NCBI GenBank assembly: GCA_034434895.1
Contig: DAOTYI010000043.1
Coordinates: forward strand, 1 to 51,914
Source of the DNA: Anaerolineae bacterium
GTDB lineage: Bacteria > Chloroflexota > Anaerolineae > JAAYZQ01
Direction of reading: 5' to 3'
DNA length: 51,914 bases
Shown here: positions 33,845-43,500 of the stretch, one piece after another
How positions within the stretch are numbered: position 1 is the stretch's first letter
Layout of the letters: every line of letters begins with the position of its first letter
Translations under genes and position numbers: made by a program
The notes under the pieces: model-generated
Seen by the model: the letters and a program-made list of their open reading frames with translations, nothing else
The model's database searches: none
What the model was told of the DNA's origin: nothing

Positions 33845-33941
33845 CGGGAGTGGATGGGAGTCGAACCCACCAGGGCTGCTTCTGCAGCACCCCCCAGACG
33901 GTTTTGAAGACCGCGGAGCCCACCGGGACTCAACCACCCCC
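33845..33941 (-). tRNA. selC: tRNA-Sec (selenocysteine), anticodon TCA
   Basis: Hand-folded from the minus strand. The 8-bp acceptor is GGGGGTGG/CCACTCCC (one G-U). The 6-bp D stem GAGTCC/GGGCTC has a 4-nt loop CGGT. The anticodon loop is CTTCAAA. The 26-nt variable arm has GCTGC/GCAGC pairing. T arm is GTGGG-TTCGACT-CCCAT and the discriminator is G. This is the 8/5 architecture of bacterial tRNA-Sec and resembles E. coli selC. CCA is not encoded. Confidence 0.85.
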
Positions 33942-33948
33942 ACACATT

Positions 33949-34740
33949 CTACCGCGTGCGCCGACGCCACTCTTTCTTGACACTCAGCTCCTGTAACTGC
34001 TCCGCCGTTTCCACATCCATAAAGTCGCGGAGCAGACGGCTGAACCTGGCCGGCTCATCCAGCATGGGGAAATGCTGGGCGTCGGGCAGCACGATCGCCC
34101 GGGCAGAATAGTGATTGCCCTCCAGTTCATCAGCCTGGGAGGGGTCAACCACCGGGTCTTTGCCGCCATAGACGGTGAGGAGCGGCACCTCAATCTCTTC
34201 CAGGACCTCTCTCAGGTCGAGCCGGGCCACCGCCTGGATGGTCAGCGCGACGGCGTTGTGGGCCATCTTGGGCAGGCTGCTTTCCACTTCCGGGTAAGGG
34301 TGCTGCCGCTGCCAGAACAACCGCGCCAATGCATCATTGGAACCGGCAGTGAGCAGCTTGCGGTTGATATAGTCGGCGTTCAGCGGCAGGCAGACGGCCA
34401 TGACCTTAGACACCCGGTCCGGATACCTGGCGGCCAGCCTGGTACTGATGGCTGCGCCCAGGGTGTGGCCGACCAGCGGGGCACGCCAGATGCCCAGTTC
34501 ATCCATGAAGGAGATGATCAACTCGACGTAACTGTCCACATCATACCTTTCCCGGCTCTTGTCCGAGTCGCCAAAGCCCCACAGGTCCAGGGAGTAGGTG
34601 CGGTGATCGATGGAAAAGAGATCCATCACCGGGACCCAATAGCGCCACGAACCCAGCCAGCCGTGGATAAAGAGGATCGGCTGCCCTCGGCCAAAGGTCT
34701 CATAGTGTACCAGGCTGTTGTTGATCAGCAGGCCGCTCAT
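33949..34740 (-). CDS. alpha/beta-fold hydrolase family protein with Thr at the nucleophile position (GHTLG)
   Basis: PILFIHGWLGSWRYW (oxyanion region), LVGHTLGAAIS (nucleophile elbow, Thr codon ACC at 34462-34464), GGKDPVVD and DAQHFPMLDEP (Asp/His). The ATG at 34740 has an AAGGTGA RBS. Confidence 0.75.
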   Translation of the reverse strand: MSGLLINNSLVHYETFGRGQPILFIHGWLGSWRYWVPVMDLFSIDHRTYSLDLWGFGDSDKSRERYDVDSYVELIISFMDELGIWRAPLVGHTLGAAISTRLAARYPDRVSKVMAVCLPLNADYINRKLLTAGSNDALARLFWQRQHPYPEVESSLPKMAHNAVALTIQAVARLDLREVLEEIEVPLLTVYGGKDPVVDPSQADELEGNHYSARAIVLPDAQHFPMLDEPARFSRLLRDFMDVETAEQLQELSVKKEWRRRTR

Positions 34741-34775
34741 CCGATCACCTTTGTACGGGAGAGCATGCATCGCCC

Positions 34776-35183
34776 CTACTGATGGCGTTCCAGAATAGCT
34801 GCCACTCGGCGGTACAGCTCATCAGGCGCAAACGGCTTGAGAATATACTCCTCCGCGCCCAGTCCCAATCCATACTTGATCTCAGCCTCCTGGCCACGTG
34901 CCGACAAAAAGACGATCGGGATGTGTCTGGTAGACTTGTTGGCTTTGAGCTGCTCGCACGCCTCATAACCGCTCATTTTGGGCATGCGCACATCCAGCAG
35001 AATCACATCCGGCTGCTCCTTGATGGCCATTTGCACGGCGTTTTCGCCATCCTGCACCTGAATGACTTTGAAGCCGGCATACTCCAGGCTGTAGGCGATC
35101 AGCCCCCGAATATCCGGTTCATCTTCAGCGACCAGAACTTTTTTCTCCGCTTTGACCACACTTATCTCCAGATTTCTATCCAC
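34776..35183 (-). CDS. single-domain response regulator (CheY-like receiver)
   Basis: VLVAEDEPDIR...DVILLDVRMPKMSGYE...IPIVFLSARG...YILKPF. Confidence 0.88.
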   Translation of the reverse strand: MDRNLEISVVKAEKKVLVAEDEPDIRGLIAYSLEYAGFKVIQVQDGENAVQMAIKEQPDVILLDVRMPKMSGYEACEQLKANKSTRHIPIVFLSARGQEAEIKYGLGLGAEEYILKPFAPDELYRRVAAILERHQ

Positions 35184-35213
35184 ACGCCCGGCATTGTGAT
35201 AGGGCAGCCCCCC

Positions 35214-35615
35214 TCATCGCAACCATTTGCACACTGTGACGGTGGTGCCCACGCCCGGGCGCGATCTGATCTCAAAGCGATCCATGAGGCGTTTGATGCC
35301 GACCAGGCCCTTGCCTGCGCTCTGTGTTGTTGCGGAACCCTCGCCCATCACCCTCTCGACATCCTCAATCCCCGGCCCCCAGTCTTCGCAGATGATCCCC
35401 AGGCCCTGCCGATTGTTGGAAGTCAACCGCTTCAGCGTGATCTGGCCGCTGTGCGCATACAGGACCACATTTCGCGCCAGTTCCGAGACGACAGTGGCGA
35501 TGCGAGCCTGGTCAATGAGGCCAAACCCCATCTCCCTGGCCAGGTTCCGGGCCTCGACACGGGCAGCGACGATGTCGAGATCACTGCTGATGGGAATGCG
35601 CTGCTCCTCAACCAC
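35214..35615 (-). CDS. RsbT/RsbW-type anti-sigma regulatory factor (small GHKL serine-protein kinase)
   Basis: The 134-aa product DIVAARVEARNLAREMGFGLIDQARIATVVSELARNVVLYAHSGQITL...GLGIICEDWGPGIEDVERVMGEG...GKGLVGIKRLMDRFEIRSRPGVGTTVTVCKWLR parallels B. subtilis RsbT along its length (from memory). The GTG at 35615 has an AAGGAG RBS 7 nt upstream. The longer track ORF to 35891 runs through the MITE-like repeat. Confidence 0.75.
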   Translation of the reverse strand: MVEEQRIPISSDLDIVAARVEARNLAREMGFGLIDQARIATVVSELARNVVLYAHSGQITLKRLTSNNRQGLGIICEDWGPGIEDVERVMGEGSATTQSAGKGLVGIKRLMDRFEIRSRPGVGTTVTVCKWLR

Positions 35616-35685
35616 AGGTCTGCTCCTTACACATCCAGCGATGCTGTTCCACCCCGGTTCACCCTGCCACCTCCTGCCTTTCCTT

Positions 35686-35793
35686 AGAGCCTGTCTGAAA
35701 ACCACCAGGACACAAAGGACACCTTGCTTTTTATTCGTTTCCTTCGTTTTCCTTTGTGGCCTTTGTGTCTTTGTGGTAAGCTTTTCAGACCAG
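35686..35793. repeat. ~108-bp MITE-like element (copy 2, opposite orientation to 1341-1440)
   Basis: See 1341-1440. It occupies almost the whole gap between two genes of the signalling block. Confidence 0.7.
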
Positions 35794-35796
35794 TTC

Positions 35797-37965
35797 TCAC
35801 CGCGTGCGTTCGGCCACGGCCAGGGTGAAGCGAAACGCACTGCCTTTGCCTGCTTCGCTCTCCACCCAGATCTGCCCGCCATGCAGTTCAACCAGCGATC
35901 TGGCGATGGACAGGCTCAGCCCCCGCCCCGGATGGTGCTGGACCAGAGGATGATCGGCGCGGAAAAAGCGCTCGAACACCCGGGGTTGATCCTCCGGCGC
36001 AATGCCGATCCCTGAATCCAGAACCGAGACCACAACCTTGGCCTGCTGCCCCTGCCCACCGTCCTGGAGCCGGGCCTCAATGGTGATCTGGCCTTTGGGC
36101 AACGTGTACAGGTAGGCGTTCATGAGCAGGCTGTTTAACACCTGGCCGATCCGCTGCCGGTCGGCATAGACCGGCGGCAGCCGGGAGGGCACCCGGACCA
36201 CCAGCCGCAGGTTCTTGTCCATCAACCGTTTCTCGAACGAGGAGGTGAGCTGCGCCACCACCTCGGCGAGGGAGACCGGTTCGAGGTGGAGCCGGGTTTC
36301 CCCTGTTTCCAGCCGCGAGATGTCCAGCAGGTCTTCCATCAAGGTGATGAGACGGTCGGTATTGCTTTCGATCCGGCGGACGATATCGGCCTGTCGCTCC
36401 TCCAGATCGCCCATGGCTCCGGAGAGCAGCATCTCGTTGTAGCCTTTGATGGCCGTCAGGGGCGAACGGAGCTGGCGGGCCATCGTCGCCACGAACCGGC
36501 TTTTCGCTTCATGGAGCTGCTGGGCCTCCCGATACAGGCGGGCATTCTCCAGGGCAATGGCGACCGGATGGGCGACGTTGCTCAGCCGTTCCACATCTTC
36601 CTGGGTGAAGGGGCCATGAACCTTGTTCAACAGTTCCAGGACGCCGATGCAGCGGTCCTGCACCAGCAGCGGCACACACAGAATGGAACGGGTGACAAAC
36701 CCGGTGGCCTGGTCCACCTGGGTATAGAACCGATCGTCGGCATAAGCATCGTTCACCACCATTGGCCGGTGTGCCAGGGCTACCTGCCCGGCGATCCCCT
36801 GCCCCAGCTTCAGGCGCAGGCCGCGCAGCGGCTCGATGGTGCCCAGCCAACTGGTGACGAACTCTAACTCCTGGCTGTCCTCATGCAGCAGCAACAGCGA
36901 TCCCCCTTCCACATGGAACATCTGGCCGATCTTGGCTGCGACCAGATCAAAGATCTGCTGTCGATCCAGGGTAGAGGTGACCGTCCGGGTGATGTCGTAC
37001 AGATAGGTCAGTTCCTCCACCCGCTGGGCCAGCGCCTTGTCGGTGGCCTGGTAGGCCTGCGCATTCTCGATGGCGATGGTCGCATAGTCGGCCAGGGCCT
37101 GAAGCATGGCCTCATCGTTGGCGGCAAAGGGCCGTTTGTCGCGGTGATTGGCCACCAACAACACCCCGACGGTGCGGCCCTTGATGCTCAACGGCACGGA
37201 CAGCAGGGCGCGGGCCTGATAGCCAGCCGCAATCGCGATCTCCTCCCCGGCGTCGCCTGCCAGGCGCAGCGGCTGTGAATCCCGGAAGACCCGGCCGACC
37301 AGGCTGTCCTCGATGCTCAGCCGCAAGATCTGCTCGCGCCTCTGCCCTGACCCTTTCCCGGCGCACAGCAACAGCGTGCCGGTCTGTGGTTCCAACAGCC
37401 ACAACGCCCCCTGGTCAGCACGGGTGATGAACACGGCCGCTTCCACCACGCGGTCCAGCACCTTATCCAGGTCCAGCAACGAGGTCACCGATTTGCTGAC
37501 CCCGAACAGCACCGTCAGCTCTTTGACCCGCTGCTCCAGGTCGCGGCGGGCCTGCTCCAGCTCCTGGCTCAGGCGTTCCCTGTCGCGCTGCAACTGCACC
37601 TGGGCCAGCACCCGCTCTATGGTGGCCAGGCCCCACTCGACATCGAACGGCTTGATCAGATAGTCCCTGACCCCCAGGCGGAAGGCCTGCACCGCCATAG
37701 ATTCGGAACCGTAGGCGGTCATCAGGATCACCGGCACCGTCTGTTGCTGTTCGGCCAACTGTTGGAGGATCTCCAGGCCGGAGATATCGGGCAGTTGGTG
37801 GTCGAGCAGGACCAGATCGGGCTGTTCCTCGGCCAGCAGACGCAGGGCCTGCTGGCCGGTGGCGGCCGCCAGCGGACTGTAGCCATGCTCCGGCAGGAAA
37901 TCCTGGACCAGGAACGAGCGCAGCCTGGCGTCGTCCTCTACCACCAGGATCCGTTCATGAGCCAT
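35797..37965 (-). CDS. REC-GAF-GAF-HisKA-HATPase protein with Arg in place of the phospho-acceptor His (pseudo-histidine kinase)
   Basis: Receiver ILVVEDDARL...DLVLLDHQLPDISG. Two GAF domains end in AIENAQAYQ and ALENARLYRE. The H-box reads FVATMARQLRSPLTAIKGY (Arg codon CGC at 36475-36477), against FISTVSHELRTPMTSIKGY in the neighbouring giant kinase. N and G boxes are present (LLMNAYLYT, DSGIGI, GRGLSLSI). The ATG at 37965 overlaps the upstream gene by 11 nt. Confidence 0.8.
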   Translation of the reverse strand: MAHERILVVEDDARLRSFLVQDFLPEHGYSPLAAATGQQALRLLAEEQPDLVLLDHQLPDISGLEILQQLAEQQQTVPVILMTAYGSESMAVQAFRLGVRDYLIKPFDVEWGLATIERVLAQVQLQRDRERLSQELEQARRDLEQRVKELTVLFGVSKSVTSLLDLDKVLDRVVEAAVFITRADQGALWLLEPQTGTLLLCAGKGSGQRREQILRLSIEDSLVGRVFRDSQPLRLAGDAGEEIAIAAGYQARALLSVPLSIKGRTVGVLLVANHRDKRPFAANDEAMLQALADYATIAIENAQAYQATDKALAQRVEELTYLYDITRTVTSTLDRQQIFDLVAAKIGQMFHVEGGSLLLLHEDSQELEFVTSWLGTIEPLRGLRLKLGQGIAGQVALAHRPMVVNDAYADDRFYTQVDQATGFVTRSILCVPLLVQDRCIGVLELLNKVHGPFTQEDVERLSNVAHPVAIALENARLYREAQQLHEAKSRFVATMARQLRSPLTAIKGYNEMLLSGAMGDLEERQADIVRRIESNTDRLITLMEDLLDISRLETGETRLHLEPVSLAEVVAQLTSSFEKRLMDKNLRLVVRVPSRLPPVYADRQRIGQVLNSLLMNAYLYTLPKGQITIEARLQDGGQGQQAKVVVSVLDSGIGIAPEDQPRVFERFFRADHPLVQHHPGRGLSLSIARSLVELHGGQIWVESEAGKGSAFRFTLAVAERTR

Positions 37966-40522
37966 AGGCCCCCTCCGCTGCCGGGGCCTCAGCCGGCCCA
38001 GGTCCTGTCCCGCCGGCGGTGGCCAGAGGCAGGGTAAAGCCAAACGTGCTGCCCTCGCCGACCTTGCTTTTGACCCACAGCCGACCGCCATGGAGCTCCA
38101 CCAGCGACCTGGCGATGGCCAGTCCCAGGCCGGTGCCCGGTTGCTCCCGCACCAGCGGGTTTTCGCTGCGGTAGAACCGCTCAAAGATGCGCTCTATTTC
38201 CTCTTTGGAGATACCGATGCCGGTATCGCTGATCGTGATTTCGGCCACCCCATCTTTCCGGCTGGAGACGATGGTGATCCGGCCTCCGGCCGGGGTGTAG
38301 CGGCAGGCGTTGCCGATCAGGTTGGTCAGGATCTGCACCGTCCGCTGCGGATCGGCCCTGATCAGGCCCGTGTCGGGCGACAGAGCCACCTGAATCTGGA
38401 GCCCTTTGTGCTCGATCAGTTCGGTCAGAGAATTCAGCGTCTCCTCCACCGCCTGGGGAAGGGAAAAGGGTTCAGGGTGAATCGTCAACCGCCCGGTTTC
38501 AAGTTTGGAAACGTCCGACAGGTCCCCGACCAGCCGCATCAGCCGCCTGGTATTCGTATAAGCGGTCTGCAGAAACCGTTGCTGCCTGTCGTTCAGTGGG
38601 CCAACCCGGCCATCCACCAATAAGTGCAGGTAGCCGTGGATGGAGGTCAGGGGGATGTTCAATTCGTGATAGACGGCCGAGATAAAGTCGCGCAACTCCC
38701 TGGTGCGCTCCTGGACCTTTCTTTCCAGCTCCTGGCTGAAGGCATGGACCTCTTCATAGAGGCGGGCGTTGGCGATGGCCGTGGCTGCCTGGTTGGCCAC
38801 CGTGCGCACCAGGTCCAACTCCTGGCGCCGATAGAGGTCGCCGGAGAGTCTGGCTCCCAACAGATAGACACCCACGAGCCTGCCCCCACTGGCCAGGGGC
38901 AGCACAAGCTGAACGCCGCTCTCTCTCCAGGTGGATAAGATCGGGTCCGCCTGTTCGCTGTCGAGCAGGAGGATCTGGTCGGTCTGGGTGAGGTGGGTGG
39001 CCAGGGGACTGTCCACCGGCAGGGACAGGGCCTCCTTTGCTTCAGAGCTGTCCGCTCCCCTTCGGGCCGATTGGCCGGCATCGGCAGGATCGGTCAAAAC
39101 CGGCAGGGGCTCCAGGCACGTTTCCTCCTGATTGAGCACCAGACACCAGGCGCCCTGGAGCAGCAACTGACGAGGCAGTTGCTGGAGCAGCAGCCGCGCC
39201 AGGTCGGCAAAACGGATGCTTTTGCTCAGCTCTTCACTCCACTGGATCAGAACACGCTGATAGTCCACCTGCTGGCGGAAAAAGGCCCGGTCTATAATGG
39301 CCTGAATCCTGGCTCGCATCGGGTTGACCAGGATGCCGATGAACAGGGCCGACAGGAACACGATCAGGGGATAGGCGCTGCTGCCGGCGGCGATGCCCAG
39401 GGCAGTGGACAGCAGGCTGATCAACAGCAGGTAGAGGGCGGCCAGGCAGGCGGTCAACAGGCCATAGACCATACTGCGGTTGACCACCAGGTCAATATCC
39501 AGCAGGCGGTAGCGCAGGATGGCAAAGGCGAAGGAGACAGGCAGGCAGATGGTGCTCAACAGCATCAGATAGTGCAATTCATAGGTCTGCTGCCGGAGCA
39601 CCGTCAGCACAATGTCCGCCCCGCTCACCACGACGACACAGCCCAGGCCCCACATAATCCATTGGGCCTGACGTTTCAGGGTCGCGTCCGTGGTCGTGGT
39701 GTACAGGTAGCCCATATAGGCCAGTCCAAAGGTGGCGCTGAGCGCCAGATAGCCGAAACCGATCTTGTCACTCAACAATGAATAAAAGGGCGCAAAAAAG
39801 ATGCCGGTGCCGGCCCTGACCGCCTGGTGAAAGGCTCCCACGGTGAAGGCCATCAGGACCAGGCTGGGGAGGTAGAGCAGGAACCACCAGCGGCTCCTGG
39901 CCAGCCACCGCTCCTGGGGGAAGGAGAGGAAGAAATGGATCACCAGGCCGGGCGCCAGAGTCAGGGCCACCGCCTGGAGATAGATGAGGGTGGTCGTTTC
40001 GGTGCCCACCAGGGCCAGATAGACCCCCAGGGCGATCGCCGTGAAAAAGAACAGGCGCGCCGTTCTGCTCTGGAACCGTTTCAGGCCGACCAACGTCGCA
40101 ATCGCCAGGAAAGAAAGGGCCACCAGGCTCTGCACAACCAGGGCCAGGTCCAGCTTCTTGTGGTAGAGCACAAGGGGAGCCAGGGTGAGGGTCTCGGCGC
40201 CCCGTTCCACGGTCAGGATGACCTGGCTGCCTGCCCGCTGACGGTTGATGAGCCGCCGATAGTCAAGCACATTGGCCACCTGCTGCCCGTTGACGGCCAC
40301 GATGCGGTCCCGGAGCTCCACCCCCAATTCCCGGCCCCGGTCGTGCACTTCAAAGATCTGCAGGTTGGCGTCGTAGTAAGCGCCCAGGATCTCCCGCACC
40401 GGATAGGCAGCCGCTTTGGAATAGATCCCCACGGCCTGGACGGTCAGGGTGCCTGCCGCCAGGAGGATCACCAGGAGGTGATGAGGCAGGTTCGCCAACG
40501 TTCTGTCCGTCTGCCGACTCAT
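37955..40522 (-). CDS. membrane sensor histidine kinase: PDZ-like domain, multi-TM sensor, GAF, HisKA, HATPase
   Basis: PDZ-like GVELRDRIVAVNGQQVANVLDYRRLINRQRAGSQVILTVERG, then ~7 TM segments. The GAF domain ends in AIANARLYEE. H-box FISAVYHELNIPLTSIHGY, with G boxes DTGIGI and GTGLGLAI. ATGA overlap with the giant kinase. Confidence 0.82.
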   Translation of the reverse strand: MSRQTDRTLANLPHHLLVILLAAGTLTVQAVGIYSKAAAYPVREILGAYYDANLQIFEVHDRGRELGVELRDRIVAVNGQQVANVLDYRRLINRQRAGSQVILTVERGAETLTLAPLVLYHKKLDLALVVQSLVALSFLAIATLVGLKRFQSRTARLFFFTAIALGVYLALVGTETTTLIYLQAVALTLAPGLVIHFFLSFPQERWLARSRWWFLLYLPSLVLMAFTVGAFHQAVRAGTGIFFAPFYSLLSDKIGFGYLALSATFGLAYMGYLYTTTTDATLKRQAQWIMWGLGCVVVVSGADIVLTVLRQQTYELHYLMLLSTICLPVSFAFAILRYRLLDIDLVVNRSMVYGLLTACLAALYLLLISLLSTALGIAAGSSAYPLIVFLSALFIGILVNPMRARIQAIIDRAFFRQQVDYQRVLIQWSEELSKSIRFADLARLLLQQLPRQLLLQGAWCLVLNQEETCLEPLPVLTDPADAGQSARRGADSSEAKEALSLPVDSPLATHLTQTDQILLLDSEQADPILSTWRESGVQLVLPLASGGRLVGVYLLGARLSGDLYRRQELDLVRTVANQAATAIANARLYEEVHAFSQELERKVQERTRELRDFISAVYHELNIPLTSIHGYLHLLVDGRVGPLNDRQQRFLQTAYTNTRRLMRLVGDLSDVSKLETGRLTIHPEPFSLPQAVEETLNSLTELIEHKGLQIQVALSPDTGLIRADPQRTVQILTNLIGNACRYTPAGGRITIVSSRKDGVAEITISDTGIGISKEEIERIFERFYRSENPLVREQPGTGLGLAIARSLVELHGGRLWVKSKVGEGSTFGFTLPLATAGGTGPGPAEAPAAEGAYGS

Positions 40523-43500
40523 GCTGGTTGCCTCTCCTCAATGGCTGCCTTGATCTCCCGGACAAGCATGTCAACCGACAGCGGCTTGGTCACATATTGC
40601 GCCGCCCCCATGCCCAACACCCGCACTCGATCCCGCTCCTTGTCCACCGGGCTGGCGGTGATAACGATGATCGGGATGGAACGGGTGGATTCCTCCCCCT
40701 TGAGGCGTCGGATCACCTCATAGCCGTCAATCCCCGGCATGCGGATGTCGAGCAGGATCAGGTCTGGCTGGAGTTCCGGCGTGCGTTCCAACGCCTCGCG
40801 GCCGCTGGCCGCCGTCCACACCTGGTAGCCGTGGAACGACAGAGCCTGATCCAGGAAGTTCAGAATATCGGGATCGTCGTCTACGACCAGCAGCCTGAGC
40901 GGTTCGCCTTTCTCATGGGGAGCCAGGGCCCGGCGCACACTCTCCAGCAGTTTCTCCTCGTCAAACGGTTTCACCACATAATCCACCGCCCCCAGGGCAT
41001 ATCCCCGGTCGGCCTCGGTCAGGACAGAGATGATGATCACCGGGATCAGGCTGGTCACCGGATGTTCTTTGAGCTGCTCCAGCACCGCAAAGCCATCCTG
41101 ATCGGGGAGCATGATGTCCAGGGTAATGAGCTGAGGTTGCTCCTCTTTGGCCAGCCACAGGGCATCTTCCCCGCTGCCGGCCAGGAGCACCTGATACCCC
41201 TCCCCTTCGAGGTGTCGCCGCAGGAGCAGGGCCAGATCACGGTCATCTTCCACCACCAGGATCTTGGGACGCCGCCCGACGGCCGGGGGCGGTTCCACGG
41301 CAATCAGGTCGGGGTGGACGATCTCCGCTTCGGGCAGTTTGGCGCCGGCCAGGGGCAGGGTAAAGCTGAACACGGAGCCAACTCCCAACTCGCTCTCGAC
41401 CCAGATTTCGCCTCCCAACATCTCAACGAACATCTTGACGATGGCCAGGCCCAGGCCGGTGCCACCGGCTTCCTGCACCAGCGGGTGATCGGCCCGGTAA
41501 AATCGGTCGAACACCCGGGGCAGATCGTCCGGCCCGATGCCGATGCCGGTGTCGGCCACATCCACCTGCAGGAACCCATCCCGCTGCCGGAGCGACACGG
41601 TCACGCGCCCCCCGCTGGGCGTGTATTGCCAGGCGTTGGCCAGGAGGTTGTTCAAGACCTGGGTCACCCGGTCGGCGTCGCCTCGCACCTGGGGCAGCCC
41701 TGGTACTTCCATCCATTCCAGTTTCAACCCCTTTTCCCGGTACTGTTCCTGGAAGGCACGGACAACCTGGGTGATGAGGCTGGCCAGGTCCAGCGGTTCG
41801 ATGGTCAGGCGAATGCGGCCGGTTTCAATGCGCGAGATGTCGAGGATGTCGTTGACCAGGGCGGTCAGGCGGTCGGCGTTTGACTTGATGATCTGCAAAA
41901 AGCTCCGCTGGGCATCGCTCAGACCCCCCGCCATCCCCAGGAAGAGCAGGTCGGTGTAGCCCTTGATGGAGGTCATGGGGGTGCGCAGTTCATGAGACAC
42001 GGTGGAGATAAATTCGTTCTTGAGCCGTTCCACCTCCGCCTCCCGGCTGATGTCGCGCAACGCGGCCACCAGGCCAGGCGCGCCGCCCAGTTCGGTGATC
42101 AGCGGGGCGATGGTGACGGCCAACACCCGCTTGCCGGCGGTGAGGCGCACCGTGCTGACCTGGGTCCGGGATGGGTCATCGGCCGGGGTTTCCAGCCTCT
42201 GGCGCAGCTCGGAGTAGAGGGCCTGGGCCAGCTCCCGGTCGGTCGCCGTCTCCCCCAGGCCCAACATGTGGCGGAAATGCTCCCCCTGAAGCGCGATGGC
42301 CGAAAAGCCCAGGAGCTCCTCCGCCGCCGGGTTGACCAGCAGCACCCGTCCATTGTGGTCAAGCACCAGCACCCCGTCGGCGATTGATTCCAGGATGGCC
42401 CGGCTCTTGGCTGCCTCGGCCTGCTGCGCCTGAAGCATCCGGCCGAGCTGGTCTGCCTGGTCGGTGATATAGGCGTACAGGTCCGAGTTGTTGACGGCGA
42501 TGGCCACCTGCACGCCGGCTGCCGTCACCAGTTGCAGGTGTTCTTCGGTGAAATAGCCCACCTGCGGATGGCCCAAGGTCAGCACCCCCAGGATGTCGCC
42601 TCCGCCCACCGACAGAGGGGCGGCCACCACCGAGCGGATGTGGGGGTCCTGGCCATCGGTGGTCACCCAGCGCGGATCGGTGGTGATGTCGGAGATGAGC
42701 ACCGGTTGGCGATGTTCCAGGACCCAGCCGGCCAGCCCAAAGCCACGCCGCAGCGGGGTGCGCTCGTTCAAGGGGATCAGGCCCGGCTTGCGTTGGAGGG
42801 AAGCCCGGAGGTGGAGGTGGCCGGTTTCCTGGTCCACCAGGGTGATGGTCCCGTGCTCGACCCCCATCACGTCGGCAAAGAGCTGCAAGGCGCGTTGCAG
42901 CACCCGCTCCAGCTCCAGCGAAGCCCCCAGCTCAGAGGTGATGCGATAAAGCGCCTCGGCGCGGTCGCGCTGCAACGTGAGTTCCTGCATGGCCTGTTCC
43001 AGGTCGCGGGTGCGGGCTTCGACCCGTTTTTCCAGTTCGCTGCTAAAGTTCACAATCTGCCCGTAGAGTTGGGCATTCCGCACCGCTGCAGCCGCCTGGG
43101 CGGCAATGGTGGATAGCAGCTTGAGGTGGTCCTGGCTGTACACATATTCCCGCTCGTAGCTCTGGACGGCGATGACACCCACCACCTGGTCAGCCGCGAT
43201 CATCGGCACACCCAGCCAGGAACGGCAGGTGCCGGCTGTGATCTCCTGCCCCCTCTCCCGATAGATCCCGGCCACGCCGGTAGGCAGCAACAAAGGCTCC
43301 CTGGTGCGGATGATCCGGCCGGTCAACCCCTCTCCTGCCTTCCGTGGCCGCCAATCCTCCCGCTGCTCCGGGTCTACAACAAAGGGGAAGGTGATCTCAT
43401 CCCGTTCTTCATCGTAGAGGGCGATATAAAAGTTGGTTGTATCCATCAGGCGGCTGACCTGCTGGTAGACCGTTTGCAGCAACTGATCCAGTTCCAGGGT

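Noticed and set aside
33845-33941. Alternative call as tRNA-Ser or tRNA-Leu (long variable arm)
   Set aside because: The anticodon loop CTTCAAA gives UCA, which reads UGA. An 8-bp acceptor stem and a 6-bp D stem with a 4-nt loop are specific to tRNA-Sec, not Ser or Leu.
35616-35891. N-terminal extension of the RsbT-like ORF (track start 35891), plus similar extensions of 35797-38184, 18217-19446, 22262-24070, 11130-13223 and 16586-18223
   Set aside because: The extensions either run through repeat elements or overlap the preceding gene. Internal starts with good RBS or ATGA coupling (35615, 37965, 19347, 23947, 13028, 18190) give products that begin where family homology begins.
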